This document shows positions 39,629-52,440 of a stretch of 64,000 bases of DNA, one piece after another. The stretch covers positions 213,394 through 277,393 of the forward strand of contig MU058650.1 of assembly GCA_013265495.1 (NCBI GenBank), given 5' to 3'. Under the pieces are notes generated by a model. It was not told the DNA's origin and did not search any database. It saw only the letters and a program-made list of their open reading frames with translations. Position numbers and translations under genes: made by a program. The stretch's first letter is position 1, and each line of letters opens with the position of its first letter. This DNA is from Vicugna vicugna (taxonomy: Eukaryota).

Positions 39629-40562
39629 TGCTACGGTCTGGGTTGTGGCCCCTAATTTATATGTTGAAGCCCTACTCCCTCAATGTAAGTGTATTTGGAG
39701 ATAGGGCTTTGTGAGCATAGGGGAATAAAATGTGCCACCCCAAAATGTCTCTTTGGCAAGCATGTTATTTCAAGCTGAAAAATGTCTAGGCCCAAAGGAC
39801 TCAGGAAGAGACATTGACCCTCCTCCTCACTGCCTAAAAATTTTATAGTGGGCCCATTTCCAGAACAGAGCTGTCCCCAGAGATGTCTGTAAAAAGTGTG
39901 GGCTAATTGTGGGAGAAACTCAGCAGGACCTAGAGATCAGAGTCTATTCTGTATTCATTGCTTCTGCCTGGCCCAGCAAACATTTATTTACCAAATATTT
40001 GCTTTTTCAACTTCATGTGAATTGCTTTCCTTCCCTTTGAAATCCCAAGGCACTATCCACTTGTTTTTTTGCCTTGAGCTGAAGATGATATTTAAGGTGA
40101 AAGCTTTAGCCATTTTGGTGAGTCACTCAGCTTTTCTAGGTCTCTTCTGTGTATACCTGTAATTAAACTTTTGTTTGATTTTTTTCTCCTGTTAATCTGT
40201 CTTATGTCAACTTGATTCTTAGATCAGCCAGAAGAACCTGGAAGAGTGGAGGAAAATTCCTTCCTCCCCAACATGAGGATGTGGTAAAAGTTAAATGAGG
40301 TCATAAAGGAGGACCTTAATCTAAAGGACTAGTTTCCTTATAAGAAGAGAAAGAGACACCAAAATTCTGTCTTTCTCTGCCATCTGAGGACACAGAGGGG
40401 AGGTGGTCACTTGTAAGTCAGGAAGAGCAGTCTCATCAGAAATTGAATTGGCTGGAACTTGATCTTGGACTTCTAGCCTCCAGAACTGTGAGAAATAAAT
40501 TTCTGTTGTGTAAGCCAGTCAGCTTGTGGTATTTTGTTATGGCATCCCAAGCTTACTAAGAT
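39629..40562 (+). mobile_element. MLT1 (MaLR) LTR split by an ERV1-type LTR
   Basis: tatgttgaagcccta...gtatttggagatagggcttt, then gttaaatgaggtcataagg...ttggacttctagcctccagaactgtgagaaataaatttctgttg; same family as 45746-46141. Confidence 0.85.
39716..40273 (+). mobile_element. Solo ERV1-type LTR
   Basis: 4-bp TSD tgag at 39712-39715 and 40274-40277; ends cctccccaaca; colinear with 44319-44875. Confidence 0.85.
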
Positions 40563-42327
40563 GTGGGGACTTTGGAGGATGCTTGTAGATTGACATGGAT
40601 GTAAGCTAATTCATACAAATGGTTTGGAGCTCAAAGTGAGGTCTAGGCCACAGATCAAAATCTAGACAGCGTTAGCATTTTAAAAATATTTGAAATAACA
40701 GATATGAACGAGATCCTCTAAAAGAAGTATATACATGAGAAAAGACAAAGAACTAAATTCTGAGTACTTCCTACATATAGAATTTGATTCAAGAAGACTA
40801 CTCAGATAAATGTGTTGAGGAGTGGCCAGAAAAGGTGAGAGATTTGTCATCAGGACTTTGTGATGATGTTAGAGAAGCCAAGAGAAGAAAGTATTAAAGC
40901 AAAAGAGTGCAAGCCAGTAATACCAAATATTGCTGAAAGATTAAGAAGAGGAGGATGAAGGAGCTTCCATTAGATCTGGCAATATGAAAGTCATCGGTGG
41001 CCATTAGGAGGACAATTTTTGTGTGACGGTGTGGTAGAATCCATGTATGAGTAAATCAAAGACAAAGGAGTGGGAGCATCTTTCATACACTTCGTGTGTG
41101 TGTGTGTGTGTGTGTGTGTGATACTCGAAGGTGACAGGAAGCACAGTACCAGGAGGGAAATTGAATCTAACGTGTGTTTATCACTCCCCTGGGGTGGATA
41201 AAGTCTAGGATGAGTCACACAGCTGCTTCTTAGGCAGTGAGTGTGCCTCTATACCTAGTATCCTAGAAATTATATAACACAATCTTTCACTATCATCTCT
41301 TATGAAAAAATTACTTTCGACATGGTTATTTTGGGTTAGGTTTTCAAGAATGCACCTCACTGCTGTGGCAAGGATTGCCTACCCTTACATCTCTTTGAAA
41401 CTGGAACCCTTCTGTGCTGTCACCATAGTCCTTTCATAAAGTAGCTTTGTGTCCCTGAATTCCTGACTATTTTGGTTGGGGCTTTGTGACTGACTTCCAG
41501 GTCCTTAGAGCAGGCTACCTGTGTCTCTAGTCCTCTGCCTGTTTTCTGAAATCAGGATTCTTTACATGGATTTTGGCCCACCTTCAGTGAATTCTTTCTA
41601 CGTTCTTCTAGACCTCCATGATGACAACTTGATTTCCTGGCTCATGTTTCATCACCTGGTGTTTGGACCTCCTTTGGTCACCTGTTCTGATTTCCCATTG
41701 TCAGTGCATCCAGGCTGCCTATGGGCTACACCCAGAATGGGTGGACATATTTATTCTCTAAGCCTAGGACCTTTCCCTGTAAAGACTGCTGTGAGTGCTA
41801 AATGAAATACTGTCTATAATGTCTGCCTAGAACAAAGAAAGATTTGAATTAATGGTGGCTATAATTATCATACCCAATATCCAATAGTAACCTAAATAAA
41901 TCATTTAGCTGCTTCATTTTTCTTCTCAGGTTTATGATTAAGCTTGTGATATTAAGCCTGCTGAAGTACAGATAATAAAGTGATTTAAATCTGTTTCACT
42001 TTATTTTACAAATTTTAATTTTAGGCAGTTTATGACAGTATTTAAAATGGTAGTCTGCTCTTATGATTATTTTGTGATTTAATTTTTTTTGGCTGATAGG
42101 AGGAAAAGTCATAAATGGCTCATTGTCCATTTAATGACATCTTAATTCTTGTGGAATTTCTGGACTCTAAGGGGGTCACTCTCTCTAAAGTATAAGGAGG
42201 AGCACTGGTAAGAGTAAGTGATGTGATCAAGGCCTCTCAGAAAGTCAGAAGCAAATGTCAAACCACTGCATTCTTCTCCCTATTCCTAGAGTGTACTTCA
42301 CTCAGTACCAGTTAAATGTTAAGACAA

Positions 42328-43690
42328 TCTAAGTCCAATAGAAAAATAATATAAGCCATATATGTAAATACATTTATTTTTAATTTCTTTTCACAAATGT
42401 AATTTTAATTTTTTAGCAGGCACATTTATCTTAATAATTCATTTTATTCATTTTATTAATTTATTTTATCATGTTTATCATATATAATTGACATATACAA
42501 TTCACCTATTTAAAAATGTACAGTTCAATGAATTTTAGTATAATTCATAGAATTATGCAACAACTACCACAATCAACCTTAGAACATTTTCATCATCTCC
42601 AAAAGAAGCCTCATACCAATTAGAAGTTACTACCCATTCATTTACCCCCAAGCCCAGACCAGTATAAGTCAATTTTTTATCTCCATAAATGTGCTTACTC
42701 TGAACATTCTCTTTTGCTGTAAGTCACACTATGCAGCCTTTTGAATATGGCAGCTTTCATTTAGCACAATGCATTCATGATTCATAAGTATTGTAATGAG
42801 TATCAGTAGTTTATTTCTTTTTATTCCCTTATATGAATGCAATGTAGTTACTCATTTATCTATTGGTAAACATTTGCATTGTTTTCAGCTTGTGTGTGTA
42901 AGGGAGCAAAACTTGCCACCCCCAAATTTCTCTTTGACATGTGAATTATTTTAAGCTGAAAACAATAAAGGCTGAAAAGAGTCAGGGAGAAATTTTTTCC
43001 ACCTGAACAGGTAATTATGAATAAATGCTACAGATTCTCATACAGGTTTTGATGTGAATTTGAACTTTAATTGTTCTGAGATAAATATCTAGAGGCAAGA
43101 TTGGTGTCTCATAAGGAAAGTGTTCTTATTTAACTTCGCAAGAAATTGTCAAGCTTCTTATTTTCCCAAAATGGCTGCACAATATTACATTCTCACCAGA
43201 AGTGTATGCAAGTTTTGTTTGTTCTGCATTGTTTTTAGTGTTATTGGACCAAACCGGGCTCTGCTCCTTTGCACAGTAAATTCAATCTATTGACGCCAGA
43301 TTGTGGTGAAGGAAAGTGCAATGTTTACTGTAGAGTGCCAAGCAAGGAGTCCAGGATAACTAATGCTCAAAACACCGAAACTCCTTACTTGGCACCTGCA
43401 ATGACACTGTGCTTTGCTTCACGACAGCAGTGAAGTCAGTAGATTGGCTTTACCGTGAGTGGGTGAGCAGACCCACGTTTGGGTCAGTAACATATTCACA
43501 GCTAAAGTAGAGCTCGATCAAAACAAAGTTGTGTTTAACTGAAAATATTTTGTACTGCTTCATTTTTTTAATTTAAGTTGAAATATATTAAAACTAAATA
43601 AAATTAAAATTCAATTCCTCAGGTGTAGTAATCAGATTCCAAGTGCCCAACAGTTATATGTGACTAGTGACTACTGTACAGGAGAGCAGA
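42328..43690. mobile_element. Mosaic: MER33/MER3-like ends, L1M fragment (-), 5' LTR stub (~42897-43000) and fused LTR ends (43239-43492)
   Basis: gtccaatagaaaaataatataagccatatatgtaa at the left and caagtgcccaacagttatatgtgactagtgactactgta at the right. L1M 3' UTR from ~42460. The stub tgtaagggagcaaaacttgccacccccaaa matches the LTR starts at 39716 and 44319. Confidence 0.65.
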
Positions 43691-44318
43691 AATGTTCCCA
43701 CCCACAATGCTTCATGGTCTTCCCGATTTCTAAGCCATGGGGCGCTAAAGGAGTACAGGCTTACTCAAGACTAAACCATATTTAATACCTCCATGTGAAA
43801 TGAAGTGCCCCTTTTTGGTGATCCTGTAGTAGTTAGTTCTTATATTTTTTGAAACATTTATCTCATTATACTCTTAATACTGGATTTAAATTTTACTCTC
43901 TTTGAGTCATTCCAGGTTCCTTTAAGGCACAAACTGTATGTCTTTACTTTGCCTATCAACAAATCCACTGTACCTAGAATAGAGCCTGGCATACTATAGT
44001 AGGTATGTGAATAAAAGCACAAACTAATGTTAAAATATTATTGTACCGTTGAGATCACATTTGGCCCAAACAAGTGGCTCCTGTGTATATACAGCACTTA
44101 GGTTGACAGGACTCAGTTTGGGATGGCCTTGTCTACACTCAATGGTGAAAGAAGCATCTAGTCGGACTTTTCACTTGCTACTGAGTTTTGTCAGTGTTAG
44201 GAAAATCCTATGTGTAGCAGCTACTTCCAGCCTATAGAATCCAGATAAGGATATGTTCTGAGGCGCCTTCTTGAAGGTGTTCCATCCTATCGTCTGAGAG
44301 CAGGGGTTGCATTTGTGC

Positions 44319-44875
44319 TGTAGGGTAGCAGAATTTGCCATCCCAAATTATCTCTTTGATATGTGGATTTTTCAAGCTAATGATAATCCAGGCCCAAAAG
44401 ACTCAGAAACTTTGACCTTCTCTCAACTGCTTAATAGAACGTATACAGAGAATCTGTTTCAGGAAGGGAACTATTACCATAGGTAACTGTTGCATAAGTT
44501 AGGTGTGGTAGACGGGGAGAAAGCTATCATAGTCTGTTTGGTAAAATTTCTCTCTGTGTCCTGTTGTCTCTGCGTGGCCCAGCAAACATTTGTTTCCCAA
44601 ACATTTGCTTTTCTATCTTTATGTCAATTACCTTTCTCCCCTTTGAGGTTCCAAACCAGTGCTCCCAACATCCTCTTTTGTGTTCAGCTAAAGATGGTGT
44701 TTCAGGTGAAGGTTTCAGCCATTTTGGTGAGCCCCTCCATTTTCCTGGGTTTCTCCTATGTATACAAGTTATTAAAATTTTATTTGATTTTCTTCTGTTA
44801 ATCCGTCTCATGTCAATTGAATTCTTAGGTCAAGCAGAAGAACCTAGGAGGGTGAAGCAAGATTTCTTCCTCTAG
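44319..44875 (+). mobile_element. Solo ERV1-type LTR (same family as 39716-40273)
   Basis: Shared blocks tggcccagcaaacattt, aggtgaa.g.tt.agccattttggtgag and ctgttaatc.gtct.atgtcaa; begins tgtaggg. Confidence 0.85.
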
Positions 44876-45044
44876 GCTCAGTTTTACTGGTGAAAACAGG
44901 GAAAAAAGAAAGAAAGAAAGAAATCTTCAGTGCAAAGGTCTAAGAAGGTGGGCCCAGCATTCAGAGAAGAGAAAAATGGGCTGAGAGAGGAGAGCTGGGG
45001 TGGGAGACGTGGAAAGCTTCACTCAAAATTACAAAACAAGCTCC

Positions 45045-45167
45045 CAAAGAAAAAAAGGAGAAGGAGGTGGGAGAGAAGAAGGGGTAAAAAGAAGAGGGAG
45101 AAGGAGAGAGGAGAAGAAGTGAGGGGGAGAGGAGGAGAGGAAAGAAAGAGAGGAAGAAAAAGAAAAA
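45045..45167. repeat. GA-rich low-complexity purine tract
   Basis: Almost purely G and A on the + strand. Confidence 0.85.
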
Positions 45168-45745
45168 CTCTCAGGTGACAAATTCAGCGGATGTATACTG
45201 CAAGCCAGAAGCACACATTTTAAAGAGATGTTGGGGATTATATGTTGAAAGAATCTGGAAAGTAGACAGATTTCTTATCCCTCTCTTGGCTCTCAAAGAC
45301 CCTTGTCACACGTTATTATAGCCAAGGTCTCTTACTGAGAAAGGCTTGAGAAAGAGAGAAAAGCCACATGAAGTCTCAAAACCAAAGTGCATAAGGGGTA
45401 AATATTGATTGGCAGTTTGACTGAAATCAACAGAACAGTCCATGCGTAGACAGCAGCATTAAATCTGCTTTAAAAGGCAATTTTTATAGACTTGAATGGT
45501 ACACTTCATATTAAAGAGGCAGCTGTGTAGGGGTCACAATAATATTTCTGCTGTCGTTCAACTTAAAACTAGGGCAACCAAGGAGAGAGAGAGATAGAGA
45601 AAGGCTTTTTGGAGAGAGAGGATGTTCACAGTGACCATATTTATTGAGAATGCAAGGGGGTGCTAACAGAATGGGACACCAAATAATACAGATAATGGGG
45701 GACTAAGTCAACCAGGACATACCATTACCCTAGATGTGCCATCAC

Positions 45746-46141
45746 TGTTGTAGGCTGAATTTGTCCCCTCAAAATGTGCACATTAAGGCCCAAACCTCTG
45801 AAATGACTATATTTGAAAAAAGAGACTTTAAGGAAGTAATTAAGGTTAAATGAGGATGTGAAGATGGGGTCCTGACATGATAGGACTGGTGTTTTTATAA
45901 GAAGAGGAAGAGAAGCCAGATCTCGTTCTCTCTCTATGTGCATGCAGAGGAAAGGCCTTGGGGAGACACAGGAAAAAGTCATCTGCCTAGCAGTCAGAAA
46001 GAGAGGCCTTACCAGAAACCAGCCCTGTTGACACCCTGATGCTCAACTTCTGGTCCCCAGAACTGTGAGAAAATAAATGTCCATTGTTTAAGCCACCCAG
46101 TCTATGGTATTTTGTTGTGGCAACCTGAGCTGATTAAAACA
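45746..46141 (+). mobile_element. MLT1 (MaLR) solo LTR
   Basis: tgttgtaggctgaatttgtcccctcaaaa...ccagaactgtgagaaaataaatgtccattgtttaagccacccagtctatggtattttgtt...aca. Confidence 0.88.
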
Positions 46142-47193
46142 GTCAGTAAATTAAATTTTTATTTCCTTGACTAGAAACACAAATTGAGTAGAAAAAAAAA
46201 AAGTGGGTCAGGGCAACGTTGCTGGCTGCAGCCTGGCACATCCTAATTTCAAGGGGATAACGCTAACATGGTCCAAGGCGTGGAATCAAGGCATCCTGGA
46301 GTTCAGTTTCTGAATCAGGCATCCTGTTCTTGTCCAGATGGTGCTCTTCTTAAAGGAAAAAAGGGGGAAAAAAAAGTCTTAATTAGACATTCTAAGGATA
46401 AAGTCATATTTATTCAGTCCAAAATTATGTTCCAAAAAAAGTCAGAAATTGGAAGGCAGAGTAGAGAAAGCATGAGTGGCAAATTTCTGTGACTTTGTTT
46501 AAGCAAAAGGCCACCTCTTTTGGAAGGGGAAAATGCATGTGTTTCTCTTTGCATAATGGCATTTAATAGTTCTTTTAAGATTCATTATGTTTCCTTTGTA
46601 TACCAAATACCAGACTAAGTGGAAGGGACACAAAATGAGTAAGATATATATGTTTTGTTCAAATAAATTAAGGTATGTGTATGTAATAGAATATCACAGA
46701 GTTATTTAAAATAATATATTTATATGGGAAATGCCAATGATGGTGTTAAATATATTAAAAAGAAGGCCTCAGATGAATTTGTATACTATTTTAAACATAT
46801 AAATACATACAGAAATCTAAATATTATAAATATAAATGCAGAATCATAAAAAATTTGGGGTGGAATATACATGAACTGTTATTGATTACATCTGGAGAGT
46901 AGAACTGAGGCTGGAGGTAGGGAAGAAAAAGATTTAATTTTACTAAATATGCTTTATAGTTGGTCCACGATAAGTTAATTAAATCCACAATCTATTTACA
47001 GAAGAAATGAGCAAGAATACAGGTAATAAAGCTTTCTAAGTGCTAAAGTAGAATTATGCGTAGGATAAGGCAAAGATGTAAAAAGTGACTGTTTAATTTT
47101 ATATGAGATGGTCAGAAATGACTTTTTAAGGGGAAGTGATACATGAGGAAAGTTTTGAACACTGGAAGATTAAAAAAAAAAAAAAGAAGAGCA

Positions 47194-47499
47194 GAACTCC
47201 CAGTCTATCCCTTCCCGCCCCCCACCCCCTTGGCAACCACAAGTTTGTATTCTATGTCTATGAGTCTGTTTCTGTTTTGTATTTATGTTCCTTCCTTCCA
47301 GTTCTTTCTTTCTTTCCTTCTTTCTTTCCTTCTTCCTTCCTTCCTTCCTTCCTTTCTTCCTTCCTTTCTTCCTTCCTTCCTTCCTCCTTCCTTCCTTCCT
47401 TCCTTTCTTCCTTTCTTTCTTTCTCTCTCACTCTCTCTCTTTCTTTCTTTCTCTCTCACTCTCTCTTTCTTTCTCTCTCTCTTCCTTCCTTCCTCCATT

Positions 47500-47559
<60 letters not shown>

Positions 47560-47599
47560 TTTTTTTCTTTCTTTCTTTCTTTCTTTTTCTTTCTTTATT

Positions 47600-47635
<36 letters not shown>

Positions 47636-47649
47636 TTTTTTTCTCTCTT

Positions 47650-47720
<71 letters not shown>

Positions 47721-47803
47721 CTCTTTCTTTCTTTCTTTCCTTCTTTCTTTCCTTCTTTCCTTCTTTCCTTTCTTTTCTTTCCTCTTTCTTCTTCCACATA
47801 TGA
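47194..47803 (-). mobile_element. LINE-1 3' UTR fragment containing an expanded microsatellite
   Basis: 47198-47287 matches 63818-63907, and ttccacatatga (47792-47803) matches the continuation at ~63948-63959. Confidence 0.85.
47288..47791. repeat. Compound (TTCC)n/(TC)n/(TTTC)n polypyrimidine microsatellite, ~500 bp
   Basis: Directly visible; produces the spurious F/L/S-rich and K/E/R-rich ORFs. Confidence 0.98.
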
Positions 47804-50211
47804 AAAACCAAATGTCAGGGAGAGAGGACCAGAGCCATGAAATGGCATGCAATGTTTGAGAGTCTGCAAGTGGTCCTCTATACTCACTCCAGTTAGCCGA
47901 GTACACAGAGGCGAGGAGGAAAACATGAGCATGGATAAAATTAATGAGGAGGTAATGATAAGCAAATCTAAAAGTTAATGAACTATGTTAAGTGTTAAAT
48001 GTTTACCATTACAGAGGGTGATGAGGAAATTGAGACAAGTTTTCAGGAAATGTTGAGTGGGCAACAATATCAAATAGTCCATAAAGGATCAGCCATGATA
48101 AGCCTGGAAAGTGTTCTTGACTATTATGAGGCCTTGACTTGACTATTATGAGGTCTTTCGCTACCTCTAGTACAGTGTTTAGTGAACTGAAGAATGACAG
48201 GCATTTTGGCCAGTGGTGGTACATGACAGGGCTGTGAGGTGGTTGACTACCCTGGGAGCTCAGGTCTCAGGTAGCTTGAGACACTAGGTGAAATAATTTG
48301 ATTGCCTTTGCTCCACATGTTGACTGGAACTTGCTTAGTCATCATTTTCAGCCAGTGAAGAGAATGCTTCACAGAAGTTGCAGATAGAACTTCAGTTGAA
48401 CATCTAAAGCGCAAGGTGACTAGGCATTTTACAGATTTATGATGTGTAGCCAAAGAGGCTTGGGGCAACTTAGGGAAAGGGCACATGGTTGGAAGTCCAT
48501 AAGCAGCTTGGGTAAAATATTCCTGGAATAAAGTAGAGAGTTTTATAGGTAATTTAGAACTTCTCTCCTCTGAGGAGATTTCTATGGATGGACACCTAAA
48601 TATATTCACGTCTGGTTCTATCCAGGTTACTGATATCCATAAATGGCTCCGTTTGCTTTAGTTCAAATGTTCCATTGAATTTACTTTCGCTTTAAAGGTT
48701 AAAAATGAGATTTTGATTGTTTCTTACCCTGACTTAACAACTTGAAAAACAATTTCTTAGCTAAACCTGTTAAAAGGACATTGTGATGAATATTAAAATA
48801 TGTGAGCAGAATAAAAATTGTATGGAGAGTTTAAAAAAGAACTGCTATCAGACATTAGGCCCACTTGGACTCAAGTCCACTCAGACTTTGACACTTAGCT
48901 AATTTACTTGACGTCTTTAAGGCTCTACTGCTCTGCCCCAAATTGGAAAAAGTATGTGAACTACATCTTGAGTTTTGTTTGAAGGTTTAATTGAAATGGT
49001 GTATTTAATGCTTTAGCATAATATCACACAGAAAATAAGAACCTTAAAAAATTTTCTATTATTATTTTAAGAATTTATCACTTCATAATTTTATCTGATA
49101 ACTTTTGCATTCAAATGAATGCACTATAATTTTTTCAAGTGCCCAGTTAAAGGTAATCCTAGGCTTTAATACACATTACTAATGGTAAACCATCTGAAAT
49201 CCTTTTGACTTTAAGACATATTATGTTATTTTTTTAAAGATCTAATACCAAAGGTCTAACTGTATATAGAAAATCTACTTTCTGTGACTTTATACTCAAA
49301 ATGTAGTGAATTTATGTATTACTTATTGCACCCCTAAAAGTATTTAAAACATCAATTTGTGAAGATTTGCTAATATGATTAGAAAATATGATTTTCATTT
49401 TGAAATTAAATAGGACCACGTTTGATTCTTGAAACTGCTACTTATAATTCTATGGCGTTAATCAATAAACTTTAAAGTAATACAAGTTAGAACAGATTGA
49501 GCACTTGTTATATGTCAGTGCGCTTCTAATTTTATTCTTATAATACATCCTGAAATAAGTACAAATAATTCCACTTTCTGAATGAAGAAGGCGAGAGTGG
49601 CATTATATCATTTGCCTAACATCACAGGTAGAGAGAAGAGCTAAAATCTGAATGCAGGTCTGTAAGATTAACAAACCCCACATTCTTTACCCAAACTATG
49701 TACTGTCCATAAAATGAGGCTAAAGAAACTTACTTTGCAGAGTTCTTATGAAGACTGATGATAATGTATGTCATTTCCTATAAACTCTGTAAATGTTACT
49801 GATTTTTAAATTCGCGTTTCTGTGAATCATAGTAATTTAAAATGAAAAAAGCTTGACATTTTGGGATTTATAATATACTCATAGATTTTTAAATATACCT
49901 GCAATGAAATGCATAATGTGAACAGAATCAGTACTAAGAATGTTATATGTACTGAAGCATTAGATTTTTAATAAAAGGAAAGAGGTGGGAGACCCATTTA
50001 GTTATTAACAAATAACAGTCAGAACCTAATGTTTAAACTCCTACCTGATGGCACATTTTACCCAATGCTCACTTTGTATAGAATGGAAAAGACCTCAACC
50101 TTCTATTAGAAATTTTAAACAGCTTAACAAGTAATTTCTGTATGTCCTTTTACAATTGCCCCTCTTATTCAAGAAAATCAAAGTACATTTACAATATTTT
50201 GTTAAACTTTT

Positions 50212-50747
50212 TGGTGGGAGGAAGAAATTTTCCTCTACCTTTCTAGATTCTTCTGGCTGGACTATGACTTAAATTGGTATGAGACAGATTAACAGGAGAA
50301 AGTTAAGTAAAAGTTTAATATTATGTATATGTGTGACAGATCTAGAAAAACTGAGTGACTTTCCAAAATGGCCAAAGTCCTCACCTTAAATACTATCCTC
50401 AGCTAAAGTCAAAAGAGCATGTTGAGGGTGGGGAGTCAGTTATGGGAGGTTATCAGCAAAAGTACATAGTATGCAAGAGTAAGGTGGTTTTGAAGATTTA
50501 AGTTGTTACCTTCTCCATTAATAAGTTTCTAGAGATCTGGTCTTCCTCCTCTTCCTGGTACAGTGAGGGAGATTCCCTTACAACTAGAAATTTCCCTTTA
50601 AGAAAATGTAAATATTTCTTACCAGTAGGTAACTCCAACTTGGTTTTCAGAGTTTTTTTCCAGGGCTGCTGTTTCTTAGAAAATAATCAACTTAAAACAA
50701 TATGTCAAAGAGATCTACTTCAGGGTGGCAAATTCTAATTCCTTTCA
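50212..50747 (-). mobile_element. Solo ERV1-type LTR related to 39716 and 44319
   Basis: Reverse complement starts tgaaaggaattagaatttgccaccctgaa...ctctttgacat and ends ctcctgttaatctgtctcat...agaagaatctagaaagg...aaaatttcttcctccc. Confidence 0.8.
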
Positions 50748-50961
50748 AATCCTGTATACTCCCTGCATGGCTTCCCTTCATACTGTACATTTTATTCTTC
50801 ATGTTTTCTGCTTTATCTTTATCTGTTCTGTTTTGGATAAACTTTATGAGCACTTTACATGAAAGCAAAAAACAAAAACAAAAAAACTGATAACACTTTA
50901 AAATATATCAAATTATGTCAAATGAGATGTAATTTGCCATAAATATTTGAAATGTCAAGTG

Positions 50962-52440
50962 ATGGAGCTAAGAGCAGGCAATCTTAAAATGTGCCACTCT
51001 GGCATGTGGATTATTGTGAGCTGAAAACAATCAAGTCCAAAATACTCAAGAAGAAACTATGACCTTCTCCCTTACTGCATAAAAATTTTTAAGATAGGAG
51101 GTTTCCACTTGGAAAACAAAAAGCACAATGTAACAGCTTTGAGTGGAGTTTATTCAGTGTCTTACTGAGGACTATAGCCCAGAAAACAGCCTCTCAATAG
51201 CTCTGAGAAACTGTTACAGAGACGTTAGGGAGGAGGTCAGCATATATGTGATTTTGGAGAATAATTTTGTGCAATCAAGTTGACAGTACCACCAAGAAAA
51301 CCCAGAAGTACTGAGCATAGATAATTAGCCATAAAACCAATATTAGATTAATTTCTCAACTCTACATAGGATTTGTGCCTATAATAGAAGAATATTTGAT
51401 TTATGCAGAAGTCCAAGAAACCAGTAGAACACTCTACATAATCATTCAAGTCAGGTCTGGCATCTTGGGATAGCCGTCTACTTCTGATGTCATTTTCTTC
51501 TCATGCTAGTGTGAGTGTTATTTCTCCTCTGTTTGCACATTATTTTAAGCTGATTTTGAGGTCAGTAACCCTCTCTATAGACCAGCCAGGTACAGGGGCA
51601 CCTTCTAAGTTGGAAATATGAATCCAAGATTTAATTGCCTTCAGTTTCACTATGCATAAGCTAGTTAAGAATACCCGGTAAGAGTTCTTTTATTTAGGTT
51701 GGATGGTCTTTTAAATGGTGTCTTTTCCAGTATACATAATTTCCCAGTTGTAGGTCCTGGGCCATCAGCTCTTCATCCCAAAGTAGATTATTATAATAAA
51801 CTTCAGAAGCAAACTTAGAATGTTCTTTTAATAATTCAATTAAACTTTACAATAATGTAACATAGCAACAAGGAGCCATCTTGGAAGTGAGTCTTGGCAC
51901 TAAATACAGAACCCTGAAGACAATTAACAACATGAGAACTTAATATCCACTGAAACAATTTTTCACTCTAAAATTACCTAATATATCCAAATTAAGAATA
52001 ATTTGCTTGAAAAATAAGTCTTGGTTAAATGAACTTGGCCTGAATTTTTATATAAGTGTGATGGATCAGACAGGTTCTCTTAAATTGGCTTTGTTGGAAT
52101 TCGTCATCAGAAATCTCATACTGAATTTTTAAAAGATCTCTAACTGCCAGGAAAGTCACATCAAAAATTTGCCATCAGATTCTGCCTACAATATAGATTT
52201 GGGTGAATCCCCCTTTTCTCAAGGTCCTCAAAATATCTTAAGATTCCTGCACTTGTCAGGAAGTGGTTGTCCTCATTTGCCTGATAGGTCTGCTGGGAAC
52301 CTAAGAGCTTCCAATTTCTGGAGGGATCAGGTAGAGGTAAAAGCTTCAATTCTGCTTGCAAAGGTATAATTGACAAAATTGCTGTAATAATTAGCTTCAG
52401 AGGAAATGTTTCTGTATATCTGAAAAACAAAAATTAAACA
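50962..52440. mobile_element. ERV mosaic: LTR 5' stub (+), LTR fragment (-), ERV internal (-) with integrase C-terminal remnant
   Basis: Reverse strand ~51590-51760 translates, across lesions, as LQLGNYVYWKRHHLKD..QPK*KNSYRVFLTSLCIVKLKAIKSWIHISNL, resembling the gamma-type integrase W.GPY...WIH.S tail. 52070-52430 is homologous to 75-460. Confidence 0.7.

Noticed and set aside
39716..44875. Two same-orientation LTRs 4 kb apart as the ends of one provirus
   Set aside because: The first LTR has its own TSD inside an MLT1, and the intervening DNA is MLT1, L2, MER and L1 with no PBS or gag/pol.
44930..45178. Arg/Lys/Glu-rich protamine-like ORF
   Set aside because: It is a translation of a GA-rich low-complexity tract.
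47136..47965. Long ORFs of 103-238 aa on both strands
   Set aside because: They are translations of the stop-free TTTC/TTCC microsatellite.
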